Assembly: GCA_017959365.1 (NCBI GenBank)
Contig: JAGDAU010000109.1
Coordinates: forward strand, 1-55,986
DNA length: 55,986 nucleotides
Source of the DNA: Prevotella sp.
GTDB taxonomy: Bacteria; Bacteroidota; Bacteroidia; Bacteroidales; Bacteroidaceae
Direction of reading: 5' to 3'
A model generated the notes under the pieces. That model was not told where the DNA came from and made no database searches. It worked only from the letters and a program-made list of their open reading frames with translations. Both the position numbers and the translations under genes were made by a program. Position 1 is the stretch's first letter. The number at the start of each line of letters is the position of its first letter. Shown here in pieces: positions 20,147 through 29,463 of this stretch.

Positions 20147-20409
20147 ACATTTTTTTTAAAAATATACCAATCTTACGATATGTGAAAAAAGCATATCAAA
20201 AGTTGTGAAATTTTCCACTTTTATTATAAAGTTGTAATTTTGCACCCAGAAAACAACAATGCAACGGTATGTACCGAAGCGTGAAATGCAGGTGATGAGT
20301 ACCTGCGACATTCAGTAAAAGAGCTCGCAACATACGCTTCACATTATTATATTAATTATAGCGTATGACACAATTAAAGATTATGAGAGCTCCGTAACTA
20401 AAACAATTA

Positions 20410-21195
20410 ATGATGAGTATTAAGACAAGAAATTTAAAAATTACATTATCAACACTCCTTTTAGGAGCAGTCATTAATGCATGCGCGCAGGATATTGCTC
20501 CAGACGCAATGCCCGTAGCAGCAAAACATGATGTTAAATCGGTGGCAACACCAGTGGTTGAGGTACCTGGAAACAATGATGTTGTTGAGTTTGTCAACAA
20601 CAGATTGACAAAGAAGCAGGATGCAAAGAAGCAGAAGGTACTTTTTATTGGCGACTCACTCACCGAGGGGCTGGCTCGCCGTTTCGCAGACTATTCCGAA
20701 CAGAACGGATATGAGCAGTTTTCTGTTATATGGTATGGCTCAACAACCAAGAGTTGGGCAACCACAAAGGATATGCAGTATTATATCGACAATGAGAAGC
20801 CAACATTCATAATCCTTTCACTTGGTACTAATGACCTTGGATACCATGACCTCTCACGCCGTGAGGAGTATGTTAAGGAGATAATCAGAAAATTCGGTGA
20901 TATACCGTTTGTGTGGGTTGGCCCCGTTAATCTCTTTAAGGATCCGGGTATCGGTGCTATCATCGAGCGTAATGTTGGTAAGGGACGTTTCTTTAAAAGC
21001 AATGATTTTACCTACGCCAAGGCATCCGATGGCATTCACCCGACATTGAAAGCATCTGCACAGTGGATGGACCGTATTGCCAACTGGCTTACCTCTGACG
21101 CCACAGATCATCCTCTCATGCTTGAGAAACCAACTCAGAGCACCGCATTCAAAAACTATGTGAGACGTACTCCCCGATATAAGGGAATGCTATAA
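20410..21195 (+). CDS. Exported SGNH/GDSL hydrolase family protein
   Basis: FIGDSL (block I), LGTND (block III), DGIHP (block V) and a signal peptide. Confidence 0.85.
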   Translation: MMSIKTRNLKITLSTLLLGAVINACAQDIAPDAMPVAAKHDVKSVATPVVEVPGNNDVVEFVNNRLTKKQDAKKQKVLFIGDSLTEGLARRFADYSEQNGYEQFSVIWYGSTTKSWATTKDMQYYIDNEKPTFIILSLGTNDLGYHDLSRREEYVKEIIRKFGDIPFVWVGPVNLFKDPGIGAIIERNVGKGRFFKSNDFTYAKASDGIHPTLKASAQWMDRIANWLTSDATDHPLMLEKPTQSTAFKNYVRRTPRYKGML

Positions 21196-21249
21196 TCCAC
21201 ACATCTTGAAATCATTATATAGAAACAACGAAATAAGAAATATAGTTTT

Positions 21250-21286
21250 AGACTGGAGAAAAAGTATTTTTTCCAGTCTTTTTTTT
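21250..21286 (+). terminator. Intrinsic terminator after the SGNH gene
   Basis: agactgga...tccagtct stem followed by a T tract. Confidence 0.75.
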
Positions 21287-21314
21287 GCTTAAATAAAAAT
21301 AATGATTAACTTTG
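21284..21314 (+). promoter_or_regulatory. Primary sigma promoter TTTG-N19-TAACTTTG
   Basis: Consensus and spacing upstream of the 21337-23492 gene trio. Confidence 0.65.
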
Positions 21315-21336
21315 CCTTCTGAAATAAAGAAAGAAT

Positions 21337-21753
21337 ATGAAGAAGATATTATTAATGCTTGTTGGGGTGATCACATTGTCTCTTGTTGCCTGTGGAGGTG
21401 ATGACGAGGTGATATATGTGAAGTTTGACTCAAAAACAGTGCTTGGAACGTGGCTCATCTCAAAGGTCACTTATAAGGCTAAGTCTTCCAAGGTGAATTA
21501 CGATGACTATATCGGTTCAAGAGTTACGTTTACTGAACCAAACTATACTGTTGTAGACGCTAAAGGTAATACAAAGGCCTCTGGCTCATACAGAGTACTA
21601 AAGTTCCGTATGGCTGTAGTGACATCAGAGGGTAAGAAAGACACCCTTGACATGGTGAATATAGACACAGAGGCACAGACATGGATGTGGCTGAGGAAAT
21701 TTTATGATGGTAATGACAATCATGCAACTTTCCATTTAGAAAAACAACAGTAG
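21337..21753 (+). CDS. Lipoprotein, lipocalin-like beta barrel
   Basis: Lipobox LVAC followed by acidic GGDDE (surface export signal-like) and an LGTW motif. Confidence 0.65.
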   Translation: MKKILLMLVGVITLSLVACGGDDEVIYVKFDSKTVLGTWLISKVTYKAKSSKVNYDDYIGSRVTFTEPNYTVVDAKGNTKASGSYRVLKFRMAVVTSEGKKDTLDMVNIDTEAQTWMWLRKFYDGNDNHATFHLEKQQ

Positions 21754-21768
21754 AATAAGGACTCAATT

Positions 21769-22671
21769 ATGGCAGGATTTTTAAATAAGCTAAAATCGTT
21801 TTTTGACAACCGCCAACCATCAACCCTTGTGCGCGAGTTTATCTCTGGTGATTTGAAATACAAGGTTATCAACAACGACACGGTTATGGTGTCGGGGTAT
21901 GTCAATCCCGTGATGGTAACAGCTTCAATACCCCGGCAGGTGGAGTATGATGGTGTGACGTTTCGTGTTGTCAGCATTGGCAATGAGGCATTTAATGGCT
22001 GTAGTAGGTTAGAGGAGATAACAATACCTTCTACGGTAACCATCATTGGACAGTTGGCGTTCTCTGAGTGTACGTCGTTGAAAAGCATAGACCTTCCTGA
22101 CTGTGTCAATTCAATAGGTTCAGAGGCTTTTGTTTATTGTCGTAGTCTTGAGCATGTCAAACTGAGTGCTAATCTGACAATGCTTGGTGTGGCTTCATTT
22201 CAGAATTGCCGTAGTTTAGAGGAGATAAGCATACCTGACAGTGTAACGTCTATAGGGCGTTTCACATTTTATGGATGCGCTAATCTTAAGACCGTGAACA
22301 TAGGGCAATCGGTTAAAAGTATAGGCAAGAGTGCCTTCTGTGGTTGTGGCGTTTTGCGTAATGTTATTATTCCTGATTCAGTAACAAAGATTGAGACTCA
22401 GGCATTTCAGAATTGCACATCGCTTACGACAGTGCTTATTGGTAGGGGTATGAAATTCATAGAGGATGAGACATTTAGTGGTTGTACTGCTCTTGAGAAA
22501 GTGTTTATCTCCCGTATCACACCACCATCTGCCACAAGTAAGGTTTTTGACACCATAGATGCTAAGCGTACAGTTCTCTATGTACCACAGGAGGGAGTGG
22601 GAGAGTACCGCCATACCGCTCCATGGTCTGATTTCGGCAATCTCCAGGAGTTTGACCCTAAGGGAATATGA
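21769..22671 (+). CDS. BspA-type leucine-rich repeat protein (LRR_5)
   Basis: About eight 23-aa repeats of IPxSVTxIGxxAFxxCxxL; C-terminal LYVP...Y...W cap; no evident signal peptide. Confidence 0.9.
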   Translation: MAGFLNKLKSFFDNRQPSTLVREFISGDLKYKVINNDTVMVSGYVNPVMVTASIPRQVEYDGVTFRVVSIGNEAFNGCSRLEEITIPSTVTIIGQLAFSECTSLKSIDLPDCVNSIGSEAFVYCRSLEHVKLSANLTMLGVASFQNCRSLEEISIPDSVTSIGRFTFYGCANLKTVNIGQSVKSIGKSAFCGCGVLRNVIIPDSVTKIETQAFQNCTSLTTVLIGRGMKFIEDETFSGCTALEKVFISRITPPSATSKVFDTIDAKRTVLYVPQEGVGEYRHTAPWSDFGNLQEFDPKGI

Positions 22672-23492
22672 GTAAGAAGACATTACCTCATATCATCATT
22701 GCCGCCGTCATAGTGTTGACTATGGCGGCTATTCTTCTTGTACGCAACTGTGGTCGCAAGGATAATGCCGGTGGTCATCTGCCAGAGGCTGTAAGCGTGT
22801 TGATAGATGATATGATAGATATAGAGGGTGGTCAGTATAAGATGGGTGCTACCAAGGAGCAGGGTGATACTGTTGACTTGGATGAGCAGCCGGTCCACAA
22901 AGTAAACGTGGAGGACTTCCTTATATGCCGTTATGAGGTGACCCAGAAACTATGGACAACCATTATGGACTATAATCCCTCTCGTTTCAAAGGCGATGAC
23001 TATCCTGTGGAAAATGTGTTATACGACTCTTGTCTTGTGTTTATAGAAAGACTTAATGAGTTGACAGGCATGAGTTTCCGCCTCCCAACAGAGGCAGAAT
23101 GGGAATACTGTGCGCGTGGAGGAAAGGATGTGGAGGTGCAATATCGCTTTTCAGGTGCTGATGATGCTGACAGTGTGGCATGGTATGTAGCCAACAGTCA
23201 GAAAACGACACATGCCGTAGGAGGGAAAAACCCGAATAGCCTTGGACTATATGATATGAGTGGCAATGTGTCGGAGTGGTGTTCTGATGATTATCAGGAA
23301 TATGAGAAGGGTGACCCCAATGTGGCCACCCTTCCCAAAACGGTAGGTTCAAAAGTTGTAAGAGGTGGTTCATGGCGCTCTTCACTTGACGACCTTCGTG
23401 TCGCCCGGCGTGCCTACCATTCCCCCGACACCACATTCCCGTATGTCGGTCTGCGTCTTGCATTGGAAGACCGCCGTGTCAGACGCCAATAA
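22668..23492 (+). CDS. FGE-sulfatase (SUMF1-like) domain protein with an N-terminal membrane anchor
   Basis: EVTQ, RLPTEAEWEY, GLYDMSGNVSEW, RGGSW and GLRL motifs; ATGA overlap with the LRR gene. Confidence 0.9.
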   Translation: MSKKTLPHIIIAAVIVLTMAAILLVRNCGRKDNAGGHLPEAVSVLIDDMIDIEGGQYKMGATKEQGDTVDLDEQPVHKVNVEDFLICRYEVTQKLWTTIMDYNPSRFKGDDYPVENVLYDSCLVFIERLNELTGMSFRLPTEAEWEYCARGGKDVEVQYRFSGADDADSVAWYVANSQKTTHAVGGKNPNSLGLYDMSGNVSEWCSDDYQEYEKGDPNVATLPKTVGSKVVRGGSWRSSLDDLRVARRAYHSPDTTFPYVGLRLALEDRRVRRQ

Positions 23493-23501
23493 CCGTTTTT
23501 C

Positions 23502-24299
23502 TTACTCCAATATATTGTTACGTTCCTTTTCCTTGAAGTATCTGAATGTGGATACCTTCAACTCATCACATGCTGCCTCATCGCAAACGATGATGCCGTG
23601 CTGATGCATTTGCAGAGCGCTGACAGTCCATATATGGTTTACGGAACCCTCTATGGCAGCCTGCAACGCGCGTGTCTTTGCGTGTCCGCTGCACAGTATC
23701 ATTACCTCGCGGGCATCCATCACGGTACCTACACCTACAGTTAGTGCAAATTGTGGCACGTTGTTGGGATCGCCACCGAAGAAACGACTGTTGGCGATGC
23801 GGGTGTCACTTGTCAGTGTCTTCATACGTGTGCGTGATGTAAGAGATGAGCCAGGCTCGTTGAAAGCGATATGACCATCTGGTCCTATACCACCCACAAA
23901 GAGGTCAATGCCACCGAAAGACTTAATCTTCTCCTCATATTCTTCGCACTCCTTTATCAAATCCTCAGCGTTGCCGTTTAGGATATGGATATTCTCATTT
24001 GGAATGTCTATATGGTTGAAGAAGTTGTTGTACATAAAAGAATGATAACTCTCCGGATGGCTCTCCGGCAGGTTAACATACTCATCCATATTGAATGTCA
24101 CCACGTTCTTAAAAGATACAATGCCATCCTCATTAGCTCGTATGAGTGCCTTGTACATTCCTAATGGTGACGAACCTGTTGGCAGACCTAACACAAATGG
24201 TTTTGCTTTTGTTGGTTTTGCCGCATTGATAAGACCAATAACCCTATTGGCTGCCCACTGTGACATAAGGTCGTAGTTGGCTTCGATAATTACTCTCAT
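23502..24299 (-). CDS. nagB: Glucosamine-6-phosphate deaminase
   Basis: [34 protein letters not shown] and ALTVGVGT. Confidence 0.96.
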   Translation of the reverse strand: MRVIIEANYDLMSQWAANRVIGLINAAKPTKAKPFVLGLPTGSSPLGMYKALIRANEDGIVSFKNVVTFNMDEYVNLPESHPESYHSFMYNNFFNHIDIPNENIHILNGNAEDLIKECEEYEEKIKSFGGIDLFVGGIGPDGHIAFNEPGSSLTSRTRMKTLTSDTRIANSRFFGGDPNNVPQFALTVGVGTVMDAREVMILCSGHAKTRALQAAIEGSVNHIWTVSALQMHQHGIIVCDEAACDELKVSTFRYFKEKERNNILE

Positions 24300-24487
24300 A
24301 AATATAATGTGTTAGTTAATGATTTCAGAAAATGATAAATAATAATTTCAGACTGCAAAAATAGTAATATTGTTATAAAAGAAGAAAAAAAATAGAGAAA
24401 AAATTATCAAATATGCATTTTTTTTAATTTTATGATTAACTTTGCAGCCATATTAGTGTTGATAATTAAGGGTTGACACGTCCCAAA

Positions 24488-25030
24488 ATGGAATTTGTTA
24501 TGAAATGTAAGAATTGTAAGAAAGAAATAAGCAATGATGCTCCGTTTTGTCCGCATTGTGGAGCAAAGATAGCACGTAAGAACGGCAAGGAACCGCGTCT
24601 TAGTCTGCTCACAATAGTATTTATCGTATTAGCAACGATTTTTGTTGTCGCATATTCTTTCACGGCATATAATGGGTATATGGACAATCCCACAGACCAC
24701 AAGGGTGCTGTTGATCCTGACACCAATCGCATTAACGATGACCATATTGATACCCTTGGTCTTATGAAGGATGAAAAAATCAAGCAAGATACCCTTAAAA
24801 TAAAGACCACTAAGCCATATGACAGCGAGGCTGCCAATAAGAAACAGGAGTCAAGGAAAGAGCAGAAATCTACAGAAGTGAGTGGTGATGGCGAGAATAC
24901 GGGATCGGAAGGCGGTGCTGCCAAAACTGATGAGGGTGGAACAACAACAGCTCCAGCCAATACAGAGGCCACGGCTCCACAGCCAGCTGCTCCCTCTGCT
25001 CCACAGCCCCAGATAGAAAAGATTGAGTGA
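24488..25030 (+). CDS. Zinc-ribbon single-TM membrane protein with a low-complexity exported tail
   Basis: CKNC...FCPHCG, one TM segment and a disordered E/K/A/P tail. The start is ATG 24488 or 24500, and a TAACTTTG promoter element lies upstream. Confidence 0.7.
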   Translation: MEFVMKCKNCKKEISNDAPFCPHCGAKIARKNGKEPRLSLLTIVFIVLATIFVVAYSFTAYNGYMDNPTDHKGAVDPDTNRINDDHIDTLGLMKDEKIKQDTLKIKTTKPYDSEAANKKQESRKEQKSTEVSGDGENTGSEGGAAKTDEGGTTTAPANTEATAPQPAAPSAPQPQIEKIE

Positions 25031-25061
25031 CCATCATAAAGCATATAACAGTTACTTTATA

Positions 25062-25385
25062 ATGTTTATCATCCGGAATCGTTGGCTTCCACCGCGGCGT
25101 TATACAGCCATCAATCTTTTTGGTGTGCTCTTCTGTCGTAGGAATACAAAGATTTCGGATGATACTATTAATCATGAGCGTATCCATACAGCCCAGTTGC
25201 TTGAGATGGGTGTGGTGTTTTTTTATATCTGGTATGTCATAGAATGGCTTATCCGCCTTCCTATGCGAGGCAATGCCTACCGTAACATCTCTTTTGAGCG
25301 CGAGGCATATCTTAATATGTATAATGACCGGTATTTACGTCATCGTCGCCATTATTCGTGGCTCAAATACCTTCGAAGAAAGTGA
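25062..25385 (+). CDS. Small HExxH-containing membrane-associated hypothetical protein (zincin-like)
   Basis: AINLFG, INHERIHTAQ, FYIWY and AYRNISFEREAY; ATG at 25062. Confidence 0.7.
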   Translation: MFIIRNRWLPPRRYTAINLFGVLFCRRNTKISDDTINHERIHTAQLLEMGVVFFYIWYVIEWLIRLPMRGNAYRNISFEREAYLNMYNDRYLRHRRHYSWLKYLRRK

Positions 25386-25437
25386 GTATAGGTCTTATAT
25401 TGACATTTGAAAAAATATAGAAACAGGTGTTTTTACA

Positions 25438-26403
25438 ATGAGTAAAGTAATAGATATTATCAATAAATCAGAGAACCCTTTTGCCAGTTTTGAACTTGTA
25501 CCACCATTGAAGGGAAGTGACGTTAATCAGCTTTATGCACAGCTTGACCAGCTGATGCAATTTGAGCCACCGTTTGTCAATGTTACATGTCATCGTGATG
25601 AGGTGGAATATGTGCCCAATGCTGATGGTACATTTACCAAGATGACTCTTGCCAAGCGGCCAAGCACAACAGCTATAGTGGGTGCTATTATGCGACGTTA
25701 CCCCAAGTTGGAGATTGTGCCACATGTCATCTGTGGAGGTGCGTCAAAATCGAAGGTTGAGAGTGAGTTGCTCGATCTTCATTTCCTTGGTGTTAGGAAT
25801 GTTGTGGCATTGCGAGGTGACGCTATCCCGGGTCAGCGGTTTTTTATCCCTGAGAAAGACGGTTTCTGCCATAGTTCAGAGTTGGTTGAGGCTATCGCTA
25901 ATCTGAACAACGGCATATACCTTGACCCTACGGTAAAGAAAGGTCTGCCTACAGATTTCTGTGTAGGCGTGGCGGCGTACCCGGAAAAGCATTTTGAGGC
26001 AGCCAATATGAAGGTTGACATAGAGTATCTGAAACGCAAGGTGGATGCCGGAGCCGACTATATAGTAACGCAGTTGTTCTTTGACAACGACCGCTATTAC
26101 CGTTTTGTTGACCTTTTGCGTAAAGAGGGCATTACCGTACCAGTTATCCCTGGTCTGAAACCGATCTCAACCAAGAGACAGATAGGCCTCTTGCCACGCT
26201 CATTCCACATTGATATACCCCAACCGCTTGTTACAGCCCTCAATAAAGTCACCACATCGGAGGAGGCATATCAGCTTGGTATAGACTGGGCAATCAGACA
26301 GAGTACCGACCTGCTGACACACGGCGTACCTGCCATACATTATTATACAATGTCTAAAGCCGACAATGTATGCCAGATAGTGAGGTCTGTGTTTGGTGCT
26401 TGA
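25438..26403 (+). CDS. metF: 5,10-methylenetetrahydrofolate reductase
   Basis: SFELVPP, ALRGD, VAAYPEKH, KVDAGADYIVTQLFFD and HYYTM. Confidence 0.93.
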   Translation: MSKVIDIINKSENPFASFELVPPLKGSDVNQLYAQLDQLMQFEPPFVNVTCHRDEVEYVPNADGTFTKMTLAKRPSTTAIVGAIMRRYPKLEIVPHVICGGASKSKVESELLDLHFLGVRNVVALRGDAIPGQRFFIPEKDGFCHSSELVEAIANLNNGIYLDPTVKKGLPTDFCVGVAAYPEKHFEAANMKVDIEYLKRKVDAGADYIVTQLFFDNDRYYRFVDLLRKEGITVPVIPGLKPISTKRQIGLLPRSFHIDIPQPLVTALNKVTTSEEAYQLGIDWAIRQSTDLLTHGVPAIHYYTMSKADNVCQIVRSVFGA

Positions 26404-26435
26404 CAACTGGCTCTAAATTCGTTACACTGCTCAAC

Positions 26436-26467
26436 AAAAAACGAGGGCAACGCATATGTCGCCCTCG
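26436..26467 (-). terminator. Intrinsic terminator of cysK, possibly also serving metF
   Basis: cgagggc...gccctcg stem with an A6 tract on the left. Confidence 0.75.
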
Positions 26468-26491
26468 ATAAACTTGTATGAGGCAATTGGA

Positions 26492-27439
26492 TTATAGCGG
26501 ATATTCCTCAAAGGCATAGAGGATAGTACTTAGATAACGCTCTCCAGTGTCGGGAAGGAGTACCACAATTCTCTTGTTTTTGTTTTCCGGACGGAGGGCT
26601 ATCTGTGTGGCGGCATAGAGAGCAGCTCCAGCCGATATTCCAACTAACAGACCCTCTGACTGAGCAATCTCACGACCTGTACGTATGGCATCGTCATTGT
26701 CCACATCAAACACCTCGTCTATAACCTGAGGGTCGTAGGTGTTTGGTACAAATCCAGCACCGATGCCCTGTATCTTATGAGGTCCGCTCTTGCCGCCATT
26801 CAATACCGGTGATGATTTCGGCTCTACAGCAATAACCTTTATTTCCGGGTTCTGCTCTTTAAGATATTTACTAACACCGCTAACCGTTCCTCCTGTTCCT
26901 ACACCGGCAACGAAGATGTCCACTTTACCGTCTGTCTGCTGCCATATCTCCGGACCTGTTGTGGCATAGTGCTTGGCTGGGTTTGCCTTATTCTCAAACT
27001 GCTGGAGGATTATGCTCCCGGGTATGCTGTCACGTAAGTTCTCCGCAGCGCGTATGGCTCCGGGCATACCGTCCTTGCCGGGAGTGAGGCGCACATCCGC
27101 ACCGTATGCCTTTACGAGGTTGCGGCGTTCAATACTCATGGTGTCGGGCATGGTGAGAATCAGTTTATATCCCTTTACAGCGGATACGAGAGCCAGTCCC
27201 ACGCCTGTGTTGCCGCTTGTCGGTTCAATGATGGTGCCACCTGGTTTTAGCAGTCCTTTTTGCTCCGCATCCTCAATCATCGCGAGCGCGATACGGTCTT
27301 TTACGCTTCCTCCGGGGTTGAAAAACTCTACTTTGGCGATAATGGGTGTGTCAACACCTTTTATCACAGAAAAACGGTTAAGCTCTAATAGCGGCGTATT
27401 GCCGATAAGCTCTGTCAGTTGTTTTGCAATCTTAGCCAT
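26492..27439 (-). CDS. cysK: Cysteine synthase A
   Basis: IGNTPL, NPGGSVKDR, EPTSGNTG, GVGTGGT, HKIQGIG and DTGERYLST. Confidence 0.96.
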   Translation of the reverse strand: MAKIAKQLTELIGNTPLLELNRFSVIKGVDTPIIAKVEFFNPGGSVKDRIALAMIEDAEQKGLLKPGGTIIEPTSGNTGVGLALVSAVKGYKLILTMPDTMSIERRNLVKAYGADVRLTPGKDGMPGAIRAAENLRDSIPGSIILQQFENKANPAKHYATTGPEIWQQTDGKVDIFVAGVGTGGTVSGVSKYLKEQNPEIKVIAVEPKSSPVLNGGKSGPHKIQGIGAGFVPNTYDPQVIDEVFDVDNDDAIRTGREIAQSEGLLVGISAGAALYAATQIALRPENKNKRIVVLLPDTGERYLSTILYAFEEYPL

Positions 27440-27474
27440 ATCTTTAATGTTTTAATTGTTTGTATTTCCGGGTG

Positions 27475-27541
27475 CAAAGTTAAAGAGTTTGGAAATATCC
27501 TCCAAATTATTTTGTAAAATCGGAAAATATAACTAATTTTG
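27475..27541. promoter_or_regulatory. Back-to-back promoters for cysK (minus, 27475-27506) and the Lrp regulator (plus, 27511-27541)
   Basis: Both match TTTG-N19/20-TAnnTTTG exactly. Confidence 0.75.
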
Positions 27542-27610
27542 CATTTTGAAAAGAAAAAACATCTAATCAATGGGGTTAAAACGCCCTTTTAAAGAAAAAA
27601 TCACTACACT

Positions 27611-28075
27611 ATGGCAGATTTACTTGATGAAACCGACTTGCAGATATTGAAAACACTGCAAAAAAACGCGAAATTAACAACAAAAGAGTTGGCTGAGGCT
27701 GTTCATCTGACTCCGACACCTGTGTTTGAGCGTCAGAGGCGTTTGGAGCGCAAGGGATATATTAAGAAATATGTCGCTGTGCTTGACCCGGAAAAACTTG
27801 GTCAGGGGCTGTTGGTATTCTGTAAGGTAAAACTAAAGCAGATCAACCGTGAGATAGCCGAAGCGTTTACTCGTCGTATAATACGTCTTCCCGAGGTTAC
27901 AGAGTGTTATAACACTTCTGGCGCTTATGATTACCTTTTAAAGGTTCGTTCTCGTGACATGAGGCAGTACCAGGAGTTTGTACTCACTAAACTTGGTGAA
28001 ATAGAAAATGTGTCATCTATAGAAAGCACGTTTGTAATGAGTGAGGTAAAACAAATCTACGGAATATATATTTAA
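27611..28075 (+). CDS. Lrp/AsnC family transcriptional regulator
   Basis: LDETDLQILKTLQKNAK HTH region, ECYNTSGAYDYLLKV RAM domain and VMSEVK. Confidence 0.93.
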   Translation: MADLLDETDLQILKTLQKNAKLTTKELAEAVHLTPTPVFERQRRLERKGYIKKYVAVLDPEKLGQGLLVFCKVKLKQINREIAEAFTRRIIRLPEVTECYNTSGAYDYLLKVRSRDMRQYQEFVLTKLGEIENVSSIESTFVMSEVKQIYGIYI

Positions 28076-28079
28076 ATTG

Positions 28080-28790
28080 ATGTCAGGTTTTAGTTTTAAG
28101 CAATTTGAGGTGTGTCACGACAGGTGTGGCATGAAGGTCGGGACAGACGGATGCCTGCTCGGTGCATGGGCGTCAGGGGGAAGCCGTATCCTTGATGTTG
28201 GTACCGGTAGCGGTCTGATTGCCTTGATGATGGCTCAGCGCTTTCCCGGAAGTCGTGTTACTGCGATAGACATTGATGCTGACGCCGTCAGTCAGGCAAA
28301 GGAAAATGTGATTAACTCACCCTTTGCTGATAGGGTGGATGTTATAGAAGCTGACTTTAATAATTTCTTTATCGAGGCTAATACCGAAAAGCCTCTTTAT
28401 GACGCAATTGTCTCTAATCCGCCTTTTTTTGAGAATGCTCTGAAGACCCCTGATGCGCAGCGTAATATAGCTCGTCACTCAGACAGCCTTACTTACGCTT
28501 CTCTGATGCGTAATGCATATCGTCTTCTGTCTGCCGAGGGGACGTTGACGGTTGTCGTACCAGCTGATTATGAGAGTGTGGTGATGTCAGAGGCGGCCAT
28601 TGCCGGGTTCTTCCTTTCACAGCGCACCGCAATACGTACCAAGGAGAACAAGCCAATAAAAAGACTACTTCTCGCATTTACGAAAAGCAGTCCGTATGAA
28701 ATTGAAAATATAGAGTGCGCATTATTATCCTCCGATGGTATGCGCTCTGTATGGTATCAATCGCTTATGAGCGACTTCTATTTACGATAG
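28080..28790 (+). CDS. tRNA1(Val) A37 N6-methyltransferase (YfiC/TrmM)
   Basis: FSFKQF, MKVGTDGCLLGAW, LDVGTGSG, SNPPFF and ARH. Confidence 0.9.
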   Translation: MSGFSFKQFEVCHDRCGMKVGTDGCLLGAWASGGSRILDVGTGSGLIALMMAQRFPGSRVTAIDIDADAVSQAKENVINSPFADRVDVIEADFNNFFIEANTEKPLYDAIVSNPPFFENALKTPDAQRNIARHSDSLTYASLMRNAYRLLSAEGTLTVVVPADYESVVMSEAAIAGFFLSQRTAIRTKENKPIKRLLLAFTKSSPYEIENIECALLSSDGMRSVWYQSLMSDFYLR

Positions 28791-29275
28791 TATATGTCAA
28801 TGTAGTCAGTTGAGCTCTCACAGTTCTCGGTCTGTTGCATGCGCCAGTATTTTCGTCCTTCCTTGGTTACGAAGTCATATTGCCCGTCGCGCAGGCATTC
28901 ATCGCCATTGAAGAGATAGCTCACCTTGGTTCTTATCTGTCCGTTGAAGATAAGGTGATCGGCGTCAACGATAGTAATATAACCGTCAATACGCAGATAG
29001 TCATCGTTTTCTCTGGATTCCTGTCCACCCACGCAGTGCAGTCTGCCGTCGGCTTCCTTGGTGATGTTTACACTGCCGAAATAATCCCAAGAGATCCACT
29101 GTAGCGAAATCATGTGTCTCCCCAAAACGCGCCTTTCCGCAGGTGTGAGTGCCTGACTTTGTGTTGTGCGCTGTTGTGTGCGTTGTCTGTTGCCGTATCT
29201 CTGACCCTTCTGTGCCATGGTAGGTAATGCAAGTGTCATGCACAGCAACAAGGTAAATAACTTGATGTGTCTCAT
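28778..29275 (-). CDS. Exported hypothetical protein
   Basis: Signal peptide, Q/R-rich linker and a beta-rich domain (SLQWISW, RKYWRMQ, DYIDIY). Confidence 0.7.
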   Translation of the reverse strand: MRHIKLFTLLLCMTLALPTMAQKGQRYGNRQRTQQRTTQSQALTPAERRVLGRHMISLQWISWDYFGSVNITKEADGRLHCVGGQESRENDDYLRIDGYITIVDADHLIFNGQIRTKVSYLFNGDECLRDGQYDFVTKEGRKYWRMQQTENCESSTDYIDIYYRK

Positions 29276-29463
29276 AATACTTATTGTTTATGTTGTTATC
29301 ATTTCTTTTTATTAGACGTAAAACAATCATCATCGTTTAATAAGACAATCTGGTAATTAATATTACCAGACTTTAATTTTTTTTTTTTTGATATGTTTTT
29401 CTTGCATTTGGAAAATAATGTTTATTTTTGCAATTATAAAAATAACTATAAAACAATAAGGGT

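Noticed and set aside
20101-20208. 35-codon ORF starting at ATG 20101
   Set aside because: It runs through the terminator and poly-T tracts and has no coding-like composition.
20281-20310. Hammerhead ribozyme suggested by GAAA and TGATGAG
   Set aside because: The core lacks the C of CUGAUGA, the motif sits in a hairpin loop, and the three-stem order does not fit.
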